A stretch of 59,637 nucleotides of DNA from a virus. The first letter of the stretch is position 1. Each line of letters starts with the position of its first letter. Location: IMG/VR virus record IMGVR_UViG_3300037851_000119, positions 1 through 59,637 of that record; one strand, given 5' to 3'. Shown one piece after another: positions 38,629 through 46,480 of this stretch. Under the pieces are notes generated by a model. It saw only the letters and a program-made list of their open reading frames with translations. It was not told the origin of the DNA and ran no database searches. Both the position numbers and the translations under genes were made by a program.

Positions 38629-39308
38629 AGGCTGTCTTCGGTCGCGTCTCGAACATCAAGCCGTTCCCCAGCACGGGGAATACGCGCATCGAGATCGAGG
38701 TTCCCGTCGAGCAGCATGTCGCTGTAACCGGCATGCTGTTCGGCCAGGATGTCCTGATCACCATCGCGCCGAGTGGTATGGGCGGGTACGGTGTCAAGGA
38801 TGCTGACGGCCATGCGGAGGCGGCAGAAGAGCCCGGGGAGAAGGCTGGGCAACTTGCCTACGAGTTGACCAAGAAGGGGTACTTCCGCAACCCGCACCTA
38901 TGGGATTGTCTGGAGAAGGTCGGCATCTACACCCAGGAGCAGCACAAGGCCTACATCGAGGGCCTACCGTGCTGCGCCCATGGCCTCAAGTATTCCGGGC
39001 CGGATCTTCTCGGGATGGCCTGCCTGGGGGATGTTGTCCTGCACCATGTCCGGACTTCTGAAAACTCCGGCACGGGGATCAAGCCGAAGCATTGGTTCGG
39101 TGTCCCGCTCTGCCATGAGCATCACCGGGCGATCCATTCGACCGCGGCCACCAGGGAGATCAAGGACGCCGCCCTGCTGCAAGCCGTGGCTATTACCCAG
39201 GACAAGGCGAAGGAGGCGATCAAGGCCTACCTGGGCATGGATTCGTTGCGCGAACTGACCAAGGACGGACTGCGCGACTTCGAGGAGCAGATCGGGATGA
39301 GGGTGTGA
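38625..39308 (+). CDS. DUF968-like / HNH-type protein
   Basis: VVLHHVRTSENSGTGIKPKHWFGVPLCHEHHRAIH matches DUF968 as I remember it. Confidence 0.55.
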   Translation: MKAVFGRVSNIKPFPSTGNTRIEIEVPVEQHVAVTGMLFGQDVLITIAPSGMGGYGVKDADGHAEAAEEPGEKAGQLAYELTKKGYFRNPHLWDCLEKVGIYTQEQHKAYIEGLPCCAHGLKYSGPDLLGMACLGDVVLHHVRTSENSGTGIKPKHWFGVPLCHEHHRAIHSTAATREIKDAALLQAVAITQDKAKEAIKAYLGMDSLRELTKDGLRDFEEQIGMRV

Positions 39309-39309
39309 C

Positions 39310-39777
39310 ATGGGTACTGCCTTGGATGTTGTCGATCCAACATTTGTTTCAGACCTAAACCGCAGCAAAGAGGCGGTATGGCGGGCGTCACGGTGGCTTT
39401 CTGATCAGGGTTTCCATGTTGTTGTTGCGCCAACCATCGTCCGGCCGGATCCGAGTGTGCGCGATGAATACGGCGACGATGGGGACATCCAGATCGTCCA
39501 GCGCGTCGAGATCAAGAGAAGACCAGGGATTCACTTCACAGGACGGGATGACTTCCCATATCCGTCGATCATCGTTGATGTCGCGCATGCCTGGGATCGT
39601 GCCCACCCAAAACCGTATGCCTACATGATCTTCAACGACGACATGACGCATTGCTGCATCGTCAAGGGAGATACAAGCAAGCATTGGTCGAGAACAAGCA
39701 AGTTCGCACGGGGCAGGGAGCGCGAGTATTTGGAGTGCCCAATCGAGTTTTGCAGGTTCAAAAAGGTGTCGCAATGA
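39310..39777 (+). CDS. PD-(D/E)xK nuclease-like protein
   Basis: DGDIQIVQRVEIKRR fits a D...E-x-K motif. Recognised by eye only. Confidence 0.4.
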   Translation: MGTALDVVDPTFVSDLNRSKEAVWRASRWLSDQGFHVVVAPTIVRPDPSVRDEYGDDGDIQIVQRVEIKRRPGIHFTGRDDFPYPSIIVDVAHAWDRAHPKPYAYMIFNDDMTHCCIVKGDTSKHWSRTSKFARGREREYLECPIEFCRFKKVSQ

Positions 39778-39874
39778 GGAGAGGGCCTTGGATCAGGCGA
39801 TCAGTTGTTGGCGGCAGGCTTCGACGTTTTGCGCCATGGGCCCCGGCCCGTCTCTGGCGTCTCTGGAGATAGGC

Positions 39875-40282
39875 ATGAATAACAAGCCGCTGGCCATCAA
39901 ACACAAGAGCAACATAGAACGGTTTGCTGGTCGGCGGCTCTCCCGCGAGGAGGTGCTGGCATACATCAAGGCGATGCAATGCGACCAGTTCACCACGAAG
40001 GAACTGGCCGAGAAGATGGCTGAGAAGGAGTATGCCGTGCGGGCCGCCGTCTCATGGATGGTGATGGGCGGCATCCTGGCGGAGGTTGGCATGGTGACGC
40101 GCCGCACCAAGGACAGCAACCTGCCGTACCGGGCCAAGGCCTACAAGTGGACGGGGCGCCTGGAGGTGAAGAGGGTTCCGCGTAGCCAGCAGGACAGGGA
40201 GGTGGAGGCGGATTGCGCCCGCTTCAATGGCGACTGGAACGCACTAATGTCGGTGTTCTTCAAGATCAATGGGAAGGGGTAG
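39875..40282 (+). CDS. Winged-helix-like hypothetical protein
   Basis: GGAGATAGGC lies upstream of ATG 39875. The segment FTTKELAEKMAEKEYAVRAAVSWMVMGGIL looks like a wHTH. Confidence 0.5.
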   Translation: MNNKPLAIKHKSNIERFAGRRLSREEVLAYIKAMQCDQFTTKELAEKMAEKEYAVRAAVSWMVMGGILAEVGMVTRRTKDSNLPYRAKAYKWTGRLEVKRVPRSQQDREVEADCARFNGDWNALMSVFFKINGKG

Positions 40283-40285
40283 CGA

Positions 40286-40531
40286 GTGGACAACAAGCAG
40301 ATCGGCGGCAGCCACTACCAGAAGGCCATCCAGCCGTGGGACGCCATGCGGGCCTGGATGACGGATGAGGAGTTCGCCGGGTATCTGAGAGGCAACGTCA
40401 TCAAGTACGTTGCCCGGTGCTACGACAAGGGCGGCGTCGAGGACTTGCAGAAGGCCGCGCACTACCTTGAAACGCTGATTGAGTTCATTGGGGAGAATCC
40501 CGGGGCGGGCCGAAGCCCGGATCGCCGCTAG
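40286..40531 (+). CDS. DUF3310 family protein
   Basis: GTG start. GGSHYQKAIQPWDAM...LRGNVIKYVARCYDKGGVEDLQKAAHYL matches DUF3310 as I remember it. Confidence 0.65.
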   Translation: MDNKQIGGSHYQKAIQPWDAMRAWMTDEEFAGYLRGNVIKYVARCYDKGGVEDLQKAAHYLETLIEFIGENPGAGRSPDRR

Positions 40532-40755
40532 TCTGACGATCCGGAAGCCCCGGCATTGACCGGCCTTGCGCCGATCTTGATCAGGAACAGTTCCCACACG
40601 GGGATGGGCATCTCGCGGAGCCCCTGTTCCCACATCTGCCATGCCCGGATTCCGACATGGCAGAGTTCGGCCGCTTTGGCCTGGGTGAGTTCGGCCCGGT
40701 AGCGGGCCGCCTTGATCTCGAACTTGGTGGGGATATGGATGTTGTCTTCTGTCAT
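40528..40755 (-). CDS. XRE-family HTH protein (antitoxin-like)
   Basis: AELTQAKAAELCHVGIRAWQMWEQGLREMP. Last gene of the leftward block, convergent with DUF3310 with a 4-nt overlap. Confidence 0.6.
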   Translation of the reverse strand: MTEDNIHIPTKFEIKAARYRAELTQAKAAELCHVGIRAWQMWEQGLREMPIPVWELFLIKIGARPVNAGASGSSD

Positions 40756-40964
40756 TCGATCTCCATGCGGGCGATGCGTTGCATGTTGTTGAGGGCCCGC
40801 AGGCCATCCCTGGATGCTTTCACGCTCTTCCCGGTAGATGGGTAGTATTCCATCCAGTCATCCTCCATCTGCCCAGCCGCGCTCATCACCATGGCGAAGG
40901 CCTTGGCCTGGACGCGCAGGACTTGATCCCCGCGCACGATGATAACCATGTCTTCTCTAGGCAT
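40752..40964 (-). CDS. Hypothetical protein, translationally coupled to the HTH gene
   Basis: GGAGGT lies 6 nt before ATG 40964. A 4-nt overlap links it to the downstream HTH gene. Confidence 0.5.
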   Translation of the reverse strand: MPREDMVIIVRGDQVLRVQAKAFAMVMSAAGQMEDDWMEYYPSTGKSVKASRDGLRALNNMQRIARMEIE

Positions 40965-40966
40965 TG

Positions 40967-41599
40967 TCATACCTCCGCGCAAAGGTGGCAGTCCAGGCCG
41001 CGCTTGTCCAGCTTGACCTTGCCGCGTTGAACCAGGGCGATGAGGCGATCCAGTTCGTCAGACATGAGGATGTTGTCCTCGTCGTCGTCATCGTAGCCGC
41101 AGCGCCGGAGCAGATCGCCGCCAGACTCACAGACCAGCATACCGTAGCCAGGGACATGCACCCCTCCGTTGATATGCACGGCCCGGCGCACCCGCAGCAG
41201 GTTCCAGCGGATGTCGTTCTCGGCACAGTATTCGAGCAGGGTTCCATGGTGCGTATGGCCATTGCCCCAGGCGCAGGACTCGACCGCCCAGGTGGCGAAG
41301 CCCCAATCCAGGGCCCTGTCAACGGCATCCTTGTCCACATAGTCGGAGTTGTCGTCGTACTGGATGCGGCGCCACTTGGCGATGCAGGCCAGATCGCGGT
41401 CAGACACGCACAGGTAGCGATACACGCCGTCGAGTGGGTCTTTCACGGTCACGAAGTTGTCCCGGCCCTGCGGGTTGCTCTTCTTGTGGGGCTTGCCGCA
41501 GATCTCGCAGAAGACGTACCAATCGCGGATGGCGATGTCCTCCAGGGCCCGCATGCGGGACTCCAGGCGGATTACTCGGTGAAGTGTGTTGCTGTCCAT
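40967..41599 (-). CDS. Hypothetical Cys/His-rich protein (210 aa)
   Basis: The ORF contains FCEICGKPH and GNGHTHHG. No confident family. Confidence 0.5.
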   Translation of the reverse strand: MDSNTLHRVIRLESRMRALEDIAIRDWYVFCEICGKPHKKSNPQGRDNFVTVKDPLDGVYRYLCVSDRDLACIAKWRRIQYDDNSDYVDKDAVDRALDWGFATWAVESCAWGNGHTHHGTLLEYCAENDIRWNLLRVRRAVHINGGVHVPGYGMLVCESGGDLLRRCGYDDDDEDNILMSDELDRLIALVQRGKVKLDKRGLDCHLCAEV

Positions 41600-41862
41600 T
41601 ACTTGCTCCCTTCATTGAGCATTGCGTCTGCGATTGCGTAGGCGTCTTGTGCGACAAGTTCTGATGATGTGCCAGGGGCCTCGGTATCCGGGTCTAGCCA
41701 GAAGGTGCATAGGCCATCTGCGTGTGCGTCATGTTCTGCATACGCGACAAGGGTGGGAATAGCCGCTGCCGCGAAGTAGTCGCGCAGGGTCATGCCCGCA
41801 ACATGCAGGGAGTCGTCGGTCATGGTGGACGGGAAGGCTTGCCCCCCGGTTTCCTTGTTCAT
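41599..41862 (-). CDS. Hypothetical protein
   Basis: 87-aa ORF with a TAATG overlap to the next gene. Confidence 0.5.
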   Translation of the reverse strand: MNKETGGQAFPSTMTDDSLHVAGMTLRDYFAAAAIPTLVAYAEHDAHADGLCTFWLDPDTEAPGTSSELVAQDAYAIADAMLNEGSK

Positions 41863-42113
41863 GCCTCCCCCTTGGCCTGCTGAGTGGATCGGATAGCGGC
41901 GATGATGTCGCCGTGCATGCGGATAACCTGCCCGGTGCTGGGGTTGGTTATCCGCATGGCGTAGGGTTCGCCCCGGCCCTTGAAGACCTCGAAGGTCGTT
42001 TCCAGTTGCTTGAGGTCGCTATCGAACGCGGATAGCCCGCGCCCGTTGCTGTACTTCTCTCCGGGCTGGTAGTGATATACCGCCTCAAACAGGTACATTT
42101 GCTCTTCACTCAT
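41859..42113 (-). CDS. Hypothetical protein
   Basis: 84-aa ORF with a 4-nt overlap. Confidence 0.5.
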   Translation of the reverse strand: MSEEQMYLFEAVYHYQPGEKYSNGRGLSAFDSDLKQLETTFEVFKGRGEPYAMRITNPSTGQVIRMHGDIIAAIRSTQQAKGEA

Positions 42114-42312
42114 CTTTATTCTCCTTGGTGATGGTGTCTAGGATGCGGTTGCACTCGACCATCTGGCCCACCAGGGCTTCGTAGTCGTCGGGAATGTCGC
42201 CTTCGCGCAGGCGGTACTCGGTCATGTCGGAAACCATGTCCCACAGTTTCTCCAGGGCCTCGACGTACTGCTCCTCGGCCTTGGTGATGATGTCGCCGGC
42301 ATAGATGGGCAT
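42106..42312 (-). CDS. Hypothetical protein
   Basis: 68-aa acidic ORF. Confidence 0.5.
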   Translation of the reverse strand: MPIYAGDIITKAEEQYVEALEKLWDMVSDMTEYRLREGDIPDDYEALVGQMVECNRILDTITKENKDE

Positions 42313-42719
42313 CAGTAGTCCTCCTCGTCATAGGCCCATCCGTCCCGGGCGCACTCGGCCCGGCCGTAGTTGGGCTCGACCTCCTGGCCGCTAGAGTTGT
42401 AGCAGCGACCACAGGCGCAGTCGTTGTCCATCGGATCCTCCAGAACTACCACGCGCCCGCATACGCATTGTCCTCGGGCGGGCTCGGTGTAGTGGCTGAC
42501 GTACTCTTGCAGGTAGGGCGGGTTGTACTTCTCGGGGTGTTCCTGGCAGTCGCGCAGGCTGGCCTTGGCCGCCGGCATCATCGCGGCCTCGTCAATCAGG
42601 CCGTACTCGTCGCACAGGAAAGAGTACCCATTACCCCGGCTCTCGCCCTTGCGGTCGTAGCAGATGGCATAGGTCACGCTCTCGATGTGCTGCCGTTCGC
42701 TAATCAGTTTCAGTCCCAT
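42312..42719 (-). CDS. Hypothetical protein with a Cys-rich (zinc-ribbon-like) C-terminus
   Basis: AAGGAGAACACC lies upstream of ATG 42719. Contains CVCGRVVVLEDPMDNDCACGRC. Confidence 0.55.
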   Translation of the reverse strand: MGLKLISERQHIESVTYAICYDRKGESRGNGYSFLCDEYGLIDEAAMMPAAKASLRDCQEHPEKYNPPYLQEYVSHYTEPARGQCVCGRVVVLEDPMDNDCACGRCYNSSGQEVEPNYGRAECARDGWAYDEEDY

Positions 42720-42729
42720 GGTGTTCTCC

Positions 42730-42951
42730 TTAAGCATCGCCGTCAGCACCGCACAGAAGGCAGTAGCAGCGGCCGGATTCCTCGTTGATTACCCACTCAT
42801 GGCCGCAAGTGAATTGCGCCATGTTGCGGGCGGTGTCCGGGCCCTGGACGTAGTGGAAAGCGTCGATGGCCCGGTATGTCATGTTTTCCCGCGCCATGCG
42901 GTAGGCGCGGCACAGGTCAACAAAGTCTTCAAGTTGCGCCAGGGTCTTCAT
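42730..42951 (-). CDS. Hypothetical protein
   Basis: 73-aa ORF. Confidence 0.5.
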   Translation of the reverse strand: MKTLAQLEDFVDLCRAYRMARENMTYRAIDAFHYVQGPDTARNMAQFTCGHEWVINEESGRCYCLLCGADGDA

Positions 42952-43256
42952 AGGTCGCCCTGGCCATCTGTCTTGTAGGTGATGTAGGCCCAGGCATTAA
43001 CCCAGACCCCGTAATCGCCCATCGCCACAAGCGGCTCGTCGTCAACCTCGAACTGCTCCACGACAGCCATGCCGTTACCGCGCATAGAATCGATCTCGTA
43101 GCGGCAGCGGTCGCGGTCGGCGAGTTGCACATCGACGGCGGCCAGGGCCGCGTCCAGGGAAGGGCAGGCCCGTCCGTCCTGCCGGAGCAGATCGGCGGCC
43201 TGGGTTGCGGCCTCGTACAGTCCTTGCACGGGCCCGAAGTAGCAGAGGGTTTTCAT
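42948..43256 (-). CDS. Hypothetical protein
   Basis: 102-aa ORF. Confidence 0.5.
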   Translation of the reverse strand: MKTLCYFGPVQGLYEAATQAADLLRQDGRACPSLDAALAAVDVQLADRDRCRYEIDSMRGNGMAVVEQFEVDDEPLVAMGDYGVWVNAWAYITYKTDGQGDL

Positions 43257-43258
43257 GG

Positions 43259-43489
43259 TCAGTAGTCCTCGTAGATGTCTTCTGGGTGGTCGTAGCCTTG
43301 GGCGTACCGTTCGGCGTAGTAGTTGCTCCAGTAGTCCTTGTCGCGCAGTTCCTCAACGTGGAAGTTGCGCCACTCCGGGTACTTCTCACGTTCCCTTGGG
43401 AGCGCGTAGTAGGCGGCCTCGATGGTGTCGAATTGACCGACGATTGCCTCCTCCCCGGTTTCCTGTATTGCTGCAATGATGTAAGCCAT
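43259..43489 (-). CDS. Hypothetical protein (76 aa)
   Basis: AGGAGGT lies upstream of ATG 43489. The longer track ORF would run through the conserved hairpin. Confidence 0.55.
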   Translation of the reverse strand: MAYIIAAIQETGEEAIVGQFDTIEAAYYALPREREKYPEWRNFHVEELRDKDYWSNYYAERYAQGYDHPEDIYEDY

Positions 43490-43520
43490 AGTTACCTCCT
43501 GGGTGGTGGGTGAAACGGTG

Positions 43521-43541
43521 GGGCCCCCTGTCACGGGGCCC
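43521..43541 (-). promoter_or_regulatory. Conserved intercistronic GC hairpin, copy 1
   Basis: On the minus strand: GGGCCCC-GTGACAG-GGGGCCC, 7 nt after the upstream stop, followed by TTCACCCACCACCCAGGAGG. Confidence 0.6.
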
Positions 43542-43548
43542 GGCCTTG

Positions 43549-43959
43549 TCACCCGAAGACGATCTCGCCAAGGGCCGCGATCTGCACAATGCAGTCGGCC
43601 GCTTCGCCGTCGATGTTGCCGGAGTCATCCTCAAGAACTGCCGTGCTGATGTACTCGCGGATGGTGTCGTTCGTGAGTTGCTCGGTCAGGATGCGCTCGA
43701 TGGCCTGGGCAATCTTGGCGTGGTCGATGTGCTGCCAGTCGTTGCGCGAGTCGCCGTCTGCGAAGGCCTGCCCCTCGTCGGTGCGCGGCTTGACCTCGTA
43801 GGCCAGGAGGATGTCGTCGATCCAGTCGCCGGATGCGGCCTTCTCGACCTGGGCCTTGCGGGCCCTGGCCAAATAGCCGATCCCGCCCTCGGCGGCCGTG
43901 TGCAGCACGTTGGACAGGAACTCGTCGGACAGGCGGCGCTTGATGGTGATCTCTTGCAT
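43549..43959 (-). CDS. Hypothetical protein
   Basis: 136-aa ORF with AGGAGCCAACC upstream. Confidence 0.55.
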   Translation of the reverse strand: MQEITIKRRLSDEFLSNVLHTAAEGGIGYLARARKAQVEKAASGDWIDDILLAYEVKPRTDEGQAFADGDSRNDWQHIDHAKIAQAIERILTEQLTNDTIREYISTAVLEDDSGNIDGEAADCIVQIAALGEIVFG

Positions 43960-43968
43960 GGTTGGCTC

Positions 43969-44070
43969 CTAGTGAAGGTTTGGCAGGATTGCCAGGGTGA
44001 TCAGGACGATGGCGAAGAGGGCCCCGGCAATGAACTCGCCGATGGCATTGATCAGGTCGCGCTTGCTCAT
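43969..44070 (-). CDS. Very small membrane protein (33 aa)
   Basis: MSKRDLINAIGEFIAGALFAIVLITLAILPNLH. ATGA overlap with the upstream stop. Not in the ORF track. Confidence 0.45.
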   Translation of the reverse strand: MSKRDLINAIGEFIAGALFAIVLITLAILPNLH

Positions 44071-44357
44071 GCGCCCCTCGCTTTCTTGATGGCCGCCATG
44101 GCAATGGCCCGGAACTCCTCCTCCGGGCAGCAGAATCGGCTGGTGATCTCCTCCAGGGCGGCCAGCAGTTCCGGGGCCGCCGCGATCAGGCGCATGTTGG
44201 CGTCCTTCTCGGTTGGTTCGATGGGGTCTGGCAGGCGCGGGTTGGACTGTCGGCCGCGCTGGGCGATGGCCACGCCGCCGATCTTGATGTCGCCGTCCGG
44301 CTCGGCGTAAACCGCCCCGGACAGGTAATGCCAGGGGCCAGGGGTGTGCTTGCTCAT
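44067..44357 (-). CDS. Hypothetical protein (96 aa)
   Basis: AAGGAGGCAACACC lies upstream of ATG 44357. Confidence 0.55.
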   Translation of the reverse strand: MSKHTPGPWHYLSGAVYAEPDGDIKIGGVAIAQRGRQSNPRLPDPIEPTEKDANMRLIAAAPELLAALEEITSRFCCPEEEFRAIAMAAIKKARGA

Positions 44358-44390
44358 GGTGTTGCCTCCTTGGTGGTGGTGAATCCAGCG

Positions 44391-44411
44391 GGCCGCCCTG
44401 TCACGGCGGCC
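44391..44411 (-). promoter_or_regulatory. Conserved intercistronic GC hairpin, copy 2
   Basis: On the minus strand: GGCCGCC-GTGACAG-GGCGGCC, 8 nt after the upstream stop, followed by CGCTGGATTCACCACCACCAAGGAGG. Confidence 0.6.
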
Positions 44412-44419
44412 GACTTGAA

Positions 44420-44734
44420 TCACGGGAGGGGGTTGAAGAAGTCGCGCTCGTAGGCGAATACCCAGACGTATGTGCCGGGCCCTTGCCATCCGCCCACCAG
44501 CACCGATCCATCGGCAAGCCAGTTAAGCCGGTTGGCCAGTTCCAGGGCCGCCCGGTAGTGCCGGGCCTCGGTGCCGTCCAGAAGGCCCTGGTACTTGGCG
44601 ATGGCCTCGTCCATGCCGGGGTCGTCATAGCCGAAGGTGATGCTCCGGCCATCCGGTTCGGTCGCCTTCACGCGGGCCCCACGGGTCAGGGTGTTGGGCA
44701 GGTACTTGGTGGTGATGCACTTCTTCGTCCTCAT
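44420..44734 (-). CDS. Hypothetical protein
   Basis: 104-aa ORF with GAGAGGAGTAAGACC upstream. Confidence 0.55.
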   Translation of the reverse strand: MRTKKCITTKYLPNTLTRGARVKATEPDGRSITFGYDDPGMDEAIAKYQGLLDGTEARHYRAALELANRLNWLADGSVLVGGWQGPGTYVWVFAYERDFFNPLP

Positions 44735-44850
44735 GGTCTTACTCCTCTCGCCAGGGGCCCAGCGGGCAGGAAAGCCATGTAGCGCGGCCAGGAGAATCCG
44801 GCCTGCTGGTGGGTGGGGGTCAGTTTGGTGAACAGACGGGTGTGCAGCAT
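44731..44850 (-). CDS. Small hypothetical protein (39 aa)
   Basis: AAGGAGGCAATC lies upstream of ATG 44850. ATGA overlap with the next gene. Not in the ORF track. Confidence 0.4.
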   Translation of the reverse strand: MLHTRLFTKLTPTHQQAGFSWPRYMAFLPAGPLARGVRP

Positions 44851-44866
44851 GATTGCCTCCTTGTGG

Positions 44867-45100
44867 TTAGGTTGACTCGACCCGTACCCCGCCACGCGGG
44901 CCGGGGGACAGGACGAAATCGGGGTACTCGGCCAGTTCGGCCTTGCTGTTGGCGATGTGCAGGCTGGCCTCGATGCGCTGGCCAAACCTGCCAAGTTCTT
45001 CCATGGTTTCCCGGTAGGCCTCGATGGCGGCGCTCTTGCTCTGGTATGCCTTGGCGTCTTCCAAGTAGTCGTCTTGGAATCGAAGATAGGTGCGCGGCAT
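44867..45100 (-). CDS. Hypothetical protein (77 aa)
   Basis: AAGGAGGACGCC lies upstream of ATG 45100. Confidence 0.55.
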   Translation of the reverse strand: MPRTYLRFQDDYLEDAKAYQSKSAAIEAYRETMEELGRFGQRIEASLHIANSKAELAEYPDFVLSPGPRGGVRVEST

Positions 45101-45141
45101 GGCGTCCTCCTTGTGTTGGTTAATGGGGTGAACCAGCGGAA

Positions 45142-45157
45142 CCCCCGAGACGGGGGG
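45142..45157 (-). promoter_or_regulatory. Conserved intercistronic GC hairpin, copy 3
   Basis: On the minus strand: CCCCC(C)-GTCTC-GGGGG, flanked by CAAGTCG and CGCTGGTTCACC. Confidence 0.5.
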
Positions 45158-45167
45158 CTCGACTTGT

Positions 45168-45665
45168 TCATCCGTGGGTGGCTTTGGTGATGGCGGCCTC
45201 GGCATCAATCAGCCATGCCGAAAGGATCGGGTTGCCGTCCGCGTTGGCGAGCTTCACGCGGGCAACGGCAGCCTCCAGCAGGGACAGAAGATCGGGCGCT
45301 GCTTCTTGCAGGCGCTTCTCCCGTGCCTCCTGCTCCTGGCGCAGCAGGCGCTCCTGGCGCTCCTTCTCGGCCTCGTCCTCCAGGCGCTCCCGTTCGGCCT
45401 CGTACAGGTCGCGGGCATGGGGCATGATGTGTCCCAGGATGTAGCGGCCGGTCGCCCCATCAGGATCGAGTTCCCGCGTCCGGTAGGCGTTGCTGCCCAG
45501 CGGGGGGTTCTTGTAGAACGGGCTTTTGTACTCCAGGGTGTCGATGTCCAGCCAGACGTGGTAGCGGTCGCCCTTGTACTCACAGGACAGGCAGAAGGTA
45601 TTTGGCCGCGTCAGGTTCAGGTGTTTGGCCTCGATGTTGGTGATGTCCTTGATGGTCATGGCCAT
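45168..45665 (-). CDS. Hypothetical protein with a charged coiled-coil segment
   Basis: 165-aa ORF with AAGGAGTGAACC upstream. Confidence 0.55.
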   Translation of the reverse strand: MAMTIKDITNIEAKHLNLTRPNTFCLSCEYKGDRYHVWLDIDTLEYKSPFYKNPPLGSNAYRTRELDPDGATGRYILGHIMPHARDLYEAERERLEDEAEKERQERLLRQEQEAREKRLQEAAPDLLSLLEAAVARVKLANADGNPILSAWLIDAEAAITKATHG

Positions 45666-45668
45666 GGT

Positions 45669-45869
45669 TCACTCCTTCGCAAAGGTCACGATGCAGTCGG
45701 GGTTCTTGCTGGCGATCCCGGCCAGGACGGTTTCGGCGTTCGCCCGGTCGGTGTAGCCGGTGGGCAGGGTGTCCGTGCCAAACAGTTCACGGACAACGGG
45801 ATCAGAGAAGCGGGCCATCCAGCCCATGCCCGGTTTCTTCACCAGGGCGATACTCATGCGTTCAGCCAT
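45669..45869 (-). CDS. Hypothetical protein
   Basis: 66-aa ORF with AAGGAGGCCGAC upstream. Confidence 0.55.
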   Translation of the reverse strand: MAERMSIALVKKPGMGWMARFSDPVVRELFGTDTLPTGYTDRANAETVLAGIASKNPDCIVTFAKE

Positions 45870-46011
45870 GTCGGCCTCCTTGTCGTAGTGGTGGGGGTTG
45901 GCTCGTCAGCCCGGCGGGGATCGGTTTTCATGTCCAGGCGGGCCAACTCCGGAAAACGCCCGGCGGGCTAGGCTCCCGCGCTCCTGGCTCCTGGCAGGGT
46001 GAGTGCCAGCG

Positions 46012-46036
46012 GAGGGCCCGCAGCAGGCAGGCCCTC
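46012..46036 (-). promoter_or_regulatory. Conserved intercistronic GC hairpin, copy 4
   Basis: GAGGGCC...GGCCCTC stem, flanked by CAAGTCG and CGCTGGCACTCACCC. It lies in a 175-nt non-coding gap. Confidence 0.5.
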
Positions 46037-46044
46037 GACTTGCA

Positions 46045-46227
46045 CTAGGCAACCAGTTCCACTTCTTCGGTGTCGGCCGCCTCAACCAGGGCGGTCAACT
46101 CGTCCTTGCTAACGTGGTACTTCCTGGCGGCCGCCTCACAGGCGGGATCGAAGGGCATCCCCTCGAAAATCGCCCGCAGCAGGTCGCGTATTGCTGCATC
46201 CATGCGAATGGATTTCCAAGTCCTCAT
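46045..46227 (-). CDS. Hypothetical protein
   Basis: 60-aa ORF with TAGGAGGTTCAC upstream. Confidence 0.55.
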   Translation of the reverse strand: MRTWKSIRMDAAIRDLLRAIFEGMPFDPACEAAARKYHVSKDELTALVEAADTEEVELVA

Positions 46228-46236
46228 GTGAACCTC

Positions 46237-46480
46237 CTATGTCAGAAACAAGGGCCGGAGCAGGTGGCCAAGGGGCTCCCCCGTCTGGGGGTTGCGGAAG
46301 TAGGCATCCCGGCCCATGTACCAGTCGTCCATCAGGTCGATGTGCCACTTCTTGCCGTGGGCCGCCGCGTAGTGCCCAAGTGCATCGGCGTACTCGGGCC
46401 CGAGTTCGCGGCCAACGATGTCCGTGTAGATGGCCAGACGGTCAGCCAGGGAGGGGCGGGGGGGTCTTCTTCGTTGCCAT
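46237..46480 (-). pseudogene. Frameshifted first gene of the leftward block (poly-C7 tract)
   Basis: ATG 46480 has AAGGAGAACACC upstream but stops after 12 codons. The adjacent frame reads LADRLAIYTDIVGRELGPEYADALGHYAAAHGKKWHIDLMDDWYMGRDAYF... and has no start codon. One fewer C in the run 46458-46464 would join the two frames into 80 codons. Confidence 0.55.
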
